This document shows, in pieces, positions 45,701 to 57,700 of a DNA stretch of 64,000 bases (position 1 is its first letter; every line of letters begins with the position of its first letter). Both the position numbers and the translations under genes were made by a program. Below the pieces are notes generated by a model. That model did no database searches, was not told where the DNA came from, and was given only the letters and a program-made list of their open reading frames with translations. The stretch is from Vitrella brassicaformis CCMP3155 (Eukaryota > Protista > Chromerida), in contig CDMY01000878.1 of assembly GCA_001179505.1 (NCBI GenBank), forward strand, positions 1-64,000, in the 5' to 3' direction.

Positions 45701-48700
45701 TCTCCTGGAACTGCGCCAAGAGGTTCTCTTTCTCGTCCGCCTCTGCGGTGGGGTCCAGCGCGACGGCTAGCATTCTCTCCCGCGCCTCACGTGCGATGCC
45801 TTGGTGCATGGCGCGCATCTCGTGAGCCTCTCCCTGGGCCTCCTGCGCTGCTGCTTCGGCCTCCATGAGCTTCTCAGCCACCTGCTGCAGCTCCAACAGC
45901 TGGCGATCCTCTCCCTGTATCGGACAGCAAACCCATCACTCGCATGCGATCAACCAACCCATTGTATCAGCTGTATTCCAGAGGCGTGACCTGTTTCTTC
46001 TCGAGGTCTCGGCGCTTCTCGTCCAGCTCTCTCGCAGCCTTGGCTTTCTCGAGCCGCTCTGCACGACGCTGCTCCAGTTTCTTGTCTAGCTCTGTCATCT
46101 GTTTGCCCTTCTCTTTGTCCAGCAGAGCCTCCAGGTGCGCAACCTCGCGCTGAATACACACACATATCGGTGGAAAGCCGACACGCCTGAGACACTGCAC
46201 TGCTCCGTGTGTACCTGGTAGGCCTCTCGGATCTGCTCCCTCTGAGCATCCGTCTCAGGATCAGTGGCGTCGCCCAGCTGCAAATGTAGTATGCAAGAAT
46301 TGTACAAGACAAGCGAGACGTGTCGGTGTTTTGTCCTACGTCAGCGAGTTGCTGTTGCATCCGCCTTCTGGCAACGGAGAGCATTTCATTCTTGGCGTTA
46401 ATGGTGTCTCGCTCGAGCTTCTCTTTGGCCGCCGACTCCTCAACCTCCAGGTCGTCCATCATCGCGGCTTCATCTGATGCCTCCATGGCGCGTGCTTCTT
46501 CCGCACGCAACCTGCACACAACGAACGCCAGATGAGTATCCAGCCATCGACGTGATGAATGGTGATGAATGCGGAATCTTGTGTGCGTACTTGTTGAGGT
46601 TCGCGGCGTCCTTCTCGCGCTCTGCCTGGTGCTTTTTCTGCAGTCCGTCCCGCTGGTCTGCATGTTTCTTCCTGAGAGCATTCCAGGTGTCTGTCTCGGC
46701 CTTGCGATGCTCCGCGTCAATCTTGTCGAGCTTTGCCGCCTCCTGTTGGAGCAGTGTGCTCCTCTGCGTGTCGAGCCACGAGTTGAGTTGATCCTCCTGA
46801 CGTTTGCGCTCTTCGGGGTCCTCGATGCTCTGAAGGGCGGCCCTCTTCTCGTTGAACTCCTTCATGAGATCGAACAGCTTCTGCGCCGTCTCGTCCTTGA
46901 CAGCCTTCTCCTTCTCGGCGCGCTGGAATGAGAGGTCGCGCATGGCTTTGTTCCTATCGCTCTCTTGATCGGCCTCCAGCTTGCGCCATTCTGCCTTCTG
47001 CTCCTCTTCCTTTGCCCTGAAAGCCTCTTCTGCTGCATGTCGCTTCTTCATGGCCTCCGCGCGCCGTCTCTCCCTCTCTTGCAGCTTTTTGTCCAGAGCC
47101 GCCTGTGCTGCTGAGCGCTCCTCGTCGAGCAAGTCGAGGGCCTTCTTCACCTGGCGATCATGCTCTTTGATGATCTGTTGCCGCTCCTCCTCACTCTGGC
47201 GGACATCACAGGCAGCTGTGCATTTCTGTGCATCTGTACTACTGGTGCCGAACCTTAGCGCCGCGGAGTTTTTTCTCGAGCTCGGCCTCTAGCTGAGCCT
47301 TCTTCAGCTCAGCCTTGGACTCATACCTGATTGAGGAGACATGAATCACTTATGGAGTCTCACTGTCCAGTGAGACGAGTACCTCTTCAGCAGTTCCGAC
47401 TGCTTCTGCTCTCTTGTGTTCTCGTTCTGCTGTTTGAAGGTCTCCGTCTCGTCCTCCTGGCTCATCTTCAGTTCAGTGGCGCGGGCCTCGTTCAGATCCT
47501 GTTGACACGAAGGAAACACGAAGCATGGCGTTTTCACCAGGCAGCCCGTTTCCCTACCTTAGCGGCGGCATCAAGCTGTTGCTGTTGCTGAGTGGCCAGC
47601 TTCTGCTGCTCCTCCATCTGACGTTTCTTGAGGGCGTCCCGTCTCTTGGCTAGCTTTTCCTGCAGGGCCTTCTCCTGGCTTATGCGCTCCTGCTCGAGGC
47701 CCTCGAGGACGGCATTGTATTGCTGCAGGTTCCGCTGGATGATCTCCTCCCTCTCCTCTGGGCTGCCGGCCGACACCAGCTCCCTCTCGAGCTGCTCCTG
47801 GAAGTTGGCGTGGGCCTTGTCGCACTTCTTGCTGTAGTCAGCCAACAGCTTGTTCTGCTCGGCAGCGCCATCCTGCGCGAGTGCCTCACGGTCGCCGTCC
47901 TGCATCGATCGGGCAGAATGACGGAGTCATGAGGCAGCCGTGGTTGTGGATGTCTGGTTTATTGATTCTTTGGTCACCTGTCTAGCATTGAGTGCGGCTC
48001 TGTCGACCGCCAGCTTCTGTTCGGCCGATGTCTGCTTCTGCTGTGCCATCTGCAGCTGCTGCCGAGCATCCATCAGCTTGTTCTAACAAACAGCAATACG
48101 ATACAAAAGACCTCGCGACATGTGTTAGCGATTCACATGACCGTACATACCTCTTGCTCCTCGTATTTCCTCTTGAGTTCGTCGAGCTCCTGGTTCTGCG
48201 CCTCATTCAGCTGATGACACAAAACATCAACAGATGTGACGGATGAGCTGGCGCAAGTGGTCTAGCAGCTAAATGGTGAGACCTCGATCTGCAGGCCCTT
48301 CATCTGCTCCTCAAATTGCTCAATCATGGCCTTGCGCTCAGCGTCATTCTCACACGTCGCCAATCGACCCATCAGGCCGCGCAACGCCTCTGCTGTGCGG
48401 GCCGATGCCATGGCTTCAATCGCAAGCTGCAGGACACACACACACATACACACAAGGTCTTACTGGTATCGACCCTCAGTCGTCTTTACCTGTCCCTTTT
48501 GCTTCTGCGCGAGAGCAGCATTCGCGTGTTGGCGCTTGAGGGCGGATGGACTTTGCACACTCCGCACCGACTCCAGGCTGCCCCGTCTCTCCCTCTCCCT
48601 GGCCGCGCGGAAGCGCTCGAGGGCGCCCATCTCTTTCGCTTCGGTATACAGTCCCTTCCACGCGTCGATGAGGGCATCACGCTTGCGGTAGAGATGACCC

Positions 48701-51700
48701 ATGAGCACCTCAAGCCGCTGTCGGTGTCGGATGGCGTCACTGTCTGCGTCATCTTGTTTGTCAAGGGCGTCACTGAGCTTGAGCAGCAGCTCATCCCGGA
48801 TATTCAGTGCCTCTCTGAGTATGGCTTCTGTCTCCTCCTTTTGCTGCTCAAGCTGGTCGGCGAATTTCTGTGAGACGTAGCTGTGGTGGCTGAGCAGCTT
48901 GTCGTAGACGGCCTGGAAGATGCGTGGGTCGACGTCCTCGTCCATGCTCAGGAAGTCCTTCTTGCCCGCACCCGCCTCGAACAGGTTGACGCGCAGATCC
49001 TTCTGGTCATACTCCACGTCAGCCTTCTTGGCGCGAATGATGTCAAAGATGTTGCGCCTCATCAGCCGCCTGATGCACCAAGACACCACATGCAGAGAGA
49101 TCGCCATGTGTGTGTGTCTGGCTGTGTGCTGACCTCCTATAGTCTGCTTCAGGTCCCAGCGGCCCGACATCCTCCGTCCATGTGCTAGAGCGGAACCACC
49201 ACAGCCCAGCAATCACCAGGAAGACTAAGCAAACGAGACACATAATCGACCACATATGGCTTCCATATCGCCGCGCCGTGGATGTCTACTTACTTGTTCC
49301 GGTGATTGCGGCGATGGTGCCGAGCAGCAGCCACCAGTCTGGCGTGAGCTGGATGTCCTCCTTGACCGAGACGCCGACAGAGGTCAGCGCCGTGGCGGTG
49401 ATCGTCTGCGGCAGACGTGAGTCCTCACGGCAACGCTGCAGGCACAAGCAACTTCGTTGGTGCAATACATTCGCATTCGCATTGGTTCTTCCTCGATGAC
49501 CTCGTCGGTGCCCATGACACTGATTATCGTGCGCTGCTTGTTGTCAGAGCTCAATGCGAACACATACACGCCAGCAGCGTCGAACGTGTAGGCAAACATC
49601 GCCCGAGACACGCCCGCCTTGATGTCAGTCTCAAGCTGCCTGTGCGACAGACACACACACACACACACACGTGCAGAGCACTGACTTGTCTGCATGCGCA
49701 TTCCCCCCGAGCGGCTGACTTGAAGGGCGCAAAGTCGAATGTCGGGTTGGTGTTGAGTAGGGCGTCCTTGACATAGACGGGGTAGGCGATGTTGCCGTTT
49801 CTGTCGGCGGACAGCGACCACACCATCGACTCGCCAAACTCCAGACACATGACGGGATTGGTCACACCCGGTGTCTCCGCTGGGTCTCGACTCACAGTGG
49901 CTTGCAGCCGACGGCGGCGGGACACACTCGAGTTGTACTGCTCGAGGAGCGGCGGGTCGTTGAGTGGGTCGACCGTGCCATTGAAGCAGTCGGCAGGGGT
50001 GGCGTTGTACAGCCTATCCATCACCACTTTCAGAAGAACCAGCGGGAAACCGAAATTGCCCTCCAGCACACCGTCGCTGGTTGTGGACTCGTATCTGAGG
50101 TTGCAGTTGCCGAGCTGTCTTGCCTCCTCGCTGCATGTCGGTACGCCGAGCAGCACCTCTGTGCGACCGGTGAGGTGTTCCACGGGGATATTGCAGAATG
50201 TGTTGTCGGTCTGGTTGATGACCACGAGTGACTGTATCGGCTCCAGGTTGTTGTTCAGGAGGAAAGCGATGTTGCCGAGCATTTGGCCGGCGCGGCAGTC
50301 GAGGTCGCACAACTGCTCAGAGAACGTCAGCACTCTGCAGGAGCAAAGGCCCACGGAATCCAGGAACTGCCCACCTGATGATACACGAGAAGCAGAGGGC
50401 ATCCAATCACATTCCTCGATCACGATAATCCCATCCAGTCCACCCGCCACGTACCGAGTTTGCACTCTGAGTCGCAGTCAGGGGCGATGCAGTTGCCGTC
50501 GACATTGCGACGCTCGCCTGGCTGACACCGCTCGTACACCTAACGAGAGACACACCCACACAGTTACCGGATTGCATTTTATTGTCATGCAAGCGTGGCG
50601 TGAAGTTCCTACGTATTCCTGGCAGTCTGCTCGCCCGTCTTCCTCAGACAAGGGGATTGTGTCTTCGTGGAAGAACTCGAAGCCGGGCGCGCATATGCAG
50701 GACTGGTCCGATGCCTGGAAGGCCCGGTTGGCCCCGATGCACTCACAGATGGTGGCGCCAGTGATTGTGGTCTTGGCGCTGGCGCCGCAGGGGAGGCACC
50801 TTGGCTGGCCCTTACTCGGATTGAAGGTGCTGATCTGAATGGAGACATCAACACTTCTTTGGAGGGAGAGAGTATTGGGAAAGGTGGCGTACCGGACAGT
50901 CCTTGCACTCGTCCGCCGTCAGTGCTCGAATCTTGTTTTGATACTGGAGACACAACAGGACACCAATAGACTGATCTGCTGGGTGCGTTGTTTGTGTGAG
51001 CCATGTCTCACCGTGCCTGCGGCACATCGTGTGGGGGCGCTGCTTCCTTCTGGGCAGTAGGAGCCTTCAGGGCACTCGTAGCCGTTGTGCTCTCGCTCGA
51101 TGGTGGGGAAGCTATACATGCATACACGCACGTTCATGTGAGGCAGGTGCGGTGTCGTGTGGCAGATGGGTGCCTCACCGTCTGTTGCATCCCTCAAGGC
51201 ACACGTAGCCCGGCTCGCAGGGCTGACAGAAGACGTCGTTACCCTCTTGGAATGAGCCCTGATGGACGGAAGGTACCAAGCAGAATGGAACGTCCAAACA
51301 CACCAGCAATACACAGGTACGCACTGACCGGCTCGCACGGAAGACACGACTCTTCGAGTGTGGTGCGCAGACTGCATACACATGACGCATTCATGGTTGC
51401 ACCGGAGGGCAGGCAAGCACCTCATGGTCGTGAGCTTACGAGTCCGGGTCGCTCGGGTCGAAAGTCTTGTTCCAGCCACGATAACCAGGAGGACACGGCC
51501 GCTGCACACGCACATGCACAATGGCAGACAGAACAGACAGTGCTCCGTTTATCCATCCACATGCACGCACCGGGGTCTCGCTGCCCTCAGGGCAATAGGT
51601 GCCCAGCGGACAGATGTCAGCCACTCCGCGAGTCGGTTGCACGCTCATCGTCATCGTCATCAGCGTGAGTGGGTCAAGCAGTTCAGCCGTGCCGTTGGGG

Positions 51701-54700
51701 CAGGCGTAGCCGGGGGGACACACTATGGGCAGTGTTGTCTGGTTGGGGCAGTAGAAACCGCCGGGACACTGACGCGGTCTGCACACACACACACACACAG
51801 CAGTAGTGTGCAGAGCTTCCAGCCAAGAGGGTGCAGTGCTTACAGCGCTGATCTTGGAGGGCAGTATGTGCCCGCTGGGCAAGGGGAGTCGGGTGTGGTG
51901 CTGTTGGACGATGCGCAGTAGAAGCCACCCTTTATTGACCAAGCACAAGAGGTGGAAGGAAGAAACATGAGTCACTGGCTGATGTCACGGGCGCGTCGAT
52001 CATACCGGGCAGTCGAAGCAGTCCAGGGCATTTGTCGATCCAGTCGTGTTGACGAAGGTGCCTGGCGGACATGGGATGGGCATGATGGTGCCTTCCAGAC
52101 AATAAGAACCCTCCTGAAAACACCACGCCAGCCACGACGCATCACAGCAAATCCACTCAAGAGGATATCTTGTATCTATCTGACCTACCGGACAGGGGAT
52201 GGCGCCCTGTGTCTCGTTGTATGGGTATGATGTGCCCATCTCTGTGCACCAGACGCCAGCCGGGCAGGGGATACACGCACGTAAGGAGGCCTTCTGCGTG
52301 AAGTTGTTGTAGAGGGACACTGGGCAAGGTATCGGGTCTCGCGTGTTGGTGGGGCAGTAGTGGCCGGCCGGGCATTCGATGGGCACAGGGGGGCTGACGC
52401 CGGGGGGGCAGTAGTACCTCTCGGGGCAGGCAGTGCAATCGGTCTCAAAGCGCCCGCCGGGGTACAGACGCACTGCCCCGTCCTTACACTCGATGGGCTC
52501 TCGCGTGCCTGCATAGTGTGGCACCTCAATAGACACACAGATGGGACGTCATCCTCCCCTCGTGGTATTGTGACCTTCAGGGCAGAAATAGCCCTCCGGG
52601 CATTGGATTCCGCCAAAGACAGGGCCGTATGGTCCACCGCCGGCAAGCTGGTCGAAGTTGGATTTGCTGAGCATCTCCCACGTGACGGTCGTTTGTGGGA
52701 CGTAGGGGTTGTTATTGCCCTTGTCCTCCCGGGGATTCGGATGCGCATTGCCGAACCCACAGATGTACCTGCACACAAATACACACACACACAACACACA
52801 TCATGCGCCAGCTGTTGAAATGGACGCTTCGCATGTTTGTTGCTGTGTGTCATGCGGCTCTGTGCAATGTACCCAGCCTGCGCACAAACCACACACAGTC
52901 GTCGGGCACAGTCAAGCAACTGTATCTGTAGGGGTCTCTTACGGAGCAATTTCCGACGATCCTGCCCGCCCTACAGTATTGGGCCGGCTCGCATGGCGAA
53001 CAGTCCTCATCGATGTCGTCCGGGAGGGTGGGCAGGGAATCGTTAAGGTAGCTGCCCTCGGGACATCTGCACAACGGCGAAACGTCACTGTGCATCTGTT
53101 GCAGTGCCTTTCATGAGATGTGGCAGCTTGTTACCCGATTCCAAAGGCAGAGCCGGCTGGGCATACGCGACCATCAGGGCAAGGCTGAGATCAAAAGAGC
53201 CAAGAATGAATCGGCCCTCGACTGACTGAGTCAATGATCGTGTGTGCTCACTTCAGGCGTGACGGTTTGGTTGGGGCATCGGAACCCAGCTGTGCACTCC
53301 ATACACGCATCGGCCCCAGTGTCGTTCGAAAACTTGCCTGAAGGAAGTGAGACACACAAGATTCAGTCAAGAGTCATCGCCCATCGTTCGCCCTTCCCCC
53401 ACCTGGCTCGCATGGAATTGGAGTTTCTGATGCCGTCGGGCAGTAGTGGCCGGGAGGGCACTCCCCGCCCTCATCAGGACTTGAGGGGTCTGAGCGGGTG
53501 GCCCCACCACTGCAGTAGTAGCCGGCATCACAGTCGGCATCCGGCGCTGAGAGGCCCATGGCGGTGCAGGCCTTCCCCGGAGTGCATGGCTCGCACTCGG
53601 AAGATGTGGTGGCGGGCTGGAAGGTGCCCGTCGGGCACTCGATCGGGTCAGCCGTGGCTGCAGGAATGTTCACTCGCATGTGCACAAGGATGGATGCGGC
53701 GGTCGACGCGAGACACACTTACCTTCGGGACAGTAGTGTCCCGCTGGACAGCGGCCAGCATACTACACGCAAACACAATCATGCGCGCCTTTTCTAAACG
53801 CCTTCATGTTGTCTATGAGCTGATATACCCGGCCCTCGGTGTCATTGAAGATCTGGTCAACCTCATATTGGAATCTGCCGCCGTGTGGGCAGTTGTCGGG
53901 CCAGGAAGAACATGGCGCCTGCTTGCATGCGAATCCCGCCGAGCAGTTGTAGAGGTTACCGTCCTCATTGCCGTATCCGGGACAGTAGTGGCCGTCATTG
54001 CATGGGACGGGCTTGTCTTGGAGGGGGGCGTCCACATAGTACTGACACACGAGACAACACACCCCAATACAGCACAATACACTACGCGAGCCTATTACAG
54101 GTGCGTACTTACCCCCGGTGGTGGCGGGAGAGGCCACACCGTCCCTGCACACACGCGATGCGCGAGGCTTACCATTCGACTCTCATCATCCAGGTGTGTC
54201 TCGATTTTGCCTACCTTCAGGGCAATAGCGGCCCACAGGACAATCGTACGTGCCGTTTGTGGTCTGCATCAACAGACAAGACACGATGAAAGAACACGTG
54301 GAAATCCGCAACTTACGTCTGTATCGGTCATCGCAGAATTGGGGCAATATCTGTGGCACAAAAAGCCAAAAAGCCCCGATTGCGTGTGTGTATCTGTGTG
54401 TCCTTCAAATGCTATGCTGACTTTGTTGCTGGACAGAGATCGCATTCCTCCACTCCTGGGCCGCTGTAGTTGCCCGGCGCACACGCCTGCTCAGCCACCG
54501 CTCCCTGGGGGCAGTAGTAACCCGCTGAATACACAGATGCAGCCGTCAGAGAGCAGGGGGAGAGATGTCGATGACTACTGATCCAGTGCAGCTATATACC
54601 GGGGCATGGGTATCCCATGCAAGGATCCCCGTTGGGACATGTGGCTTCAAGGCCATCAGGATCCTTATTGTCGCTGCCACTAAGGCACACGTAGCCACCG

Positions 54701-57700
54701 TCACAAGGGTCCCGGACGGCTGGACAAATACACAGTCATCGATGGAGACGCAGGCAGTGATTAGTTACGCGTTCTGCTCACGTGATACGGTGCTGGCGCA
54801 GTAGTAGCCTGCATCACACAACTGGCAGCTGGCAAGCTCCGGGCTGCCCGCGCTTTGGGTGAAAGAGCCTCTGCGCAGAGTAGAATGAAGTAACAGACAC
54901 GGAGGGAATGCAGCAGTGCGCTGGAATGCGGTCAGAAATGCAGCTGATGGCCCTTACGCTGGACATAAGTAGTCGGTTCCATTCTCAGTCCCCTCCAGGC
55001 AGTAGGCTCCCCTGGACAACAGACACAGACACAGAGACACGACATTGATGGAGCGCCAATGACTGCAAGCAACTGACATTTCACATACCTAGGGCACAGC
55101 CCGCCAATAACGGTAATGTTCTCTGCCAATTTGTTGGGATTCTCCTCGCCGGACCGCGGAGCGGGCAGGAAGTTGCCAGTCGTGCAGTAGTAACCCTGCG
55201 CCAGAAGGCAACGGTACATCCGCATGACGTGTATGGTGGTGATGTGCGTCCGTCCTACCGCAGAGCAGTTTCCTGTAGGTTCGGTGAGGCCAGGTCGGTC
55301 GCAATACTTGCCGGCCGAGCAGGGTTCACAGTCTGTCAGCTCTTCGTTCTTGACGGCGTTGCTGAAGGTTCCGGGAGGGCACGGATATTGCTGCACACAC
55401 ATTGAAACTGACACGCGCTTCTCTCACCCTGACGATCACTTCCTACCGTCTCCCATTGGGTGCCCTCGGGGCAGTCTGCAAAGCAGGGAGAAAATGACCA
55501 TGCAAAGGAGTGATTGCTACGGCATATAGCAGCACATCGATCGGCTCTTCGCACTCACAGTGTCCACTTGGGCAGTCTTCTATCCTTGTCGACATGTCAT
55601 CGTTGACCCCGCCGGCGCAGTAGGAACCCGCCGGACATATGACGCACTCCGACTCTCCGGTGGTGCTCGGCTGATACGTCCCGATGGGGCAGGGGATGGC
55701 TGCAGGGGCACCTGTATCAATCAACACACACACACACAATGGAGTGCGCCTCTCGTTGAGTCAAGTCGCGTCTACCGATGGTTTTGGATCCCCAGAGCTT
55801 GAAGTCGAATATCCTGATTGCGTTGCCTAAGGCTGGCGGCGGCGTTGCCGATGAGTGTATTGATGTGATTTCGAGCCGCACAACATTGGCTATGCGGGGC
55901 GGTGAGATATTCTCACTGATTTCATGCTGGATGGACGGACACATCGATCCGGACACACAAGATAACCAAGACATGAATGCGACATTCACGTTCCTGTCTG
56001 TCTTCTCGTACGTTCCCAGAGGGGTAGTTGTACGGCGCGACGAGGTCCTCCCATGCCTGAGTGCTGTAGTTATAAAACTGTCGAGACACACAGAATGATA
56101 CACATTGGGGATCGCCCGTCGCTCATCTGTCAGACCAGTCATGACATTTACCTGGATAGAAAAGTCCTCGAGTGCTCCGCCCTGGTAAGTCTTTGCTACG
56201 TCCCATGTTTTCACGTCGAAGCTCTCGAGCACATAATAGTCATCGAGGGTGACCTCCAAATATCCGAACGTGCTCACGTCCTCCCAATAGCTGTCGAGGT
56301 CGGTATCCACCGCATTGGAGGGATTGCTACCGCTGCCATCCTCGGCGACTCTGTGCGTCTGCATTAGGTTGGAGCCTGGGTCCACCTGTTGGGCACAGAA
56401 GTGTCCCTGAGGACAGACATCTCCCGATGCCGAAATGCCGCCCTCGCTGCAGTAGGTGCCGTTGGCGCACGGGCCGCCAGGTACCGCCATACCCTCTTCA
56501 GGGCAATACAGACCGGCGGGACACTGAGACACATGATAAGCAACACGTGATTAGGTCACTCTCTCTATCGCCTGCTTATCACGAGAGTGGTGACTGACCA
56601 GAAGGCAGTCTTGTTCGGCGATATTTCCCTCCCATGGCATGAACGTCCCCGGAGGGCACATCTGATTGGCGGCCTGACCGCGGTCGGGCGGCGACACGAT
56701 GATCTGACGGATGCGGGAGTTAAGCGTGTCAGCCACCAAAAAATGCCACACATTGTCTGACAGCGCATAGTACTGAGTCGGCTGCAAAGGGAAACAACGC
56801 GCACAACTTTGGTATCGACTGACGGATACGTCATGGATTAGCCGACCTTCCTGTACGCCGGCTGCAGTCCCCTTGGTGTCTTCAATTTGGCCTCATTGGC
56901 CGGCACTGCTCCTCCGTCGCCCTTGAAGCCCTGGTCTGTGCCAGCCCACGTCGAGATGGCGTTGGCCGGCACGCTTGAGAGCTCGACCTTGCGGATGCTG
57001 ATCGGGAAAATACGAGCACGTCAAATCAACGCTGCCGACCTGCCTCCCCTCTCACCGATGGGCTGTCTCGTCGAGAATGAAAAGGGCCTCTGTCGCCTGC
57101 AGAAAGAGCACATCCATACATTCGGGAGTTGTCGAAAGACCGGTATTGCTGCCGTACGCCGTCGAGTTTGGCGAAGACGACAGCGCTCGGGCCCTCAAGC
57201 CTGGCGGTGGTTGGGTCGGTGGTGTCGTCACCCGTCGTGCCTGACGTGCCGTCTCCCATGAAGGTAATCAAGTTGGTCCCGTCCCAGAAACGAACCTGAA
57301 CAAGAAGGCAGAGTTCGAAGTGTGCACAGATGTTAGGTCAGTCTCGGTTGCAGTCGTTCTCGCCTTGTGGTTGCCCTTGTCAGCGATGTAAAGGTCCCCT
57401 GACGAGTCCATTGTGACGTCCATTGGGGTATCCATTTCGCCGACACCACTGTCAGTGTCACCTGACCGGACCGTGGACGTTGCATCGACGCACAAACAGA
57501 AAGGGTACCCACACACATGCATGTAGCCACCAGCCACCCATGCCCCTTCTGCGTCGCTCACCCGCCGAGTCGTAGGTTCCAGTAACCCTGGTGACTGTGT
57601 TCCCTGGCGCCGCCGCATCCAGCCACACCACCTCGTGTCTCCCCGTGTTGGCCAGGTAGATGCGGTTGGTGACGTTGTCGAAGTGCATGCCCTGAGGATT

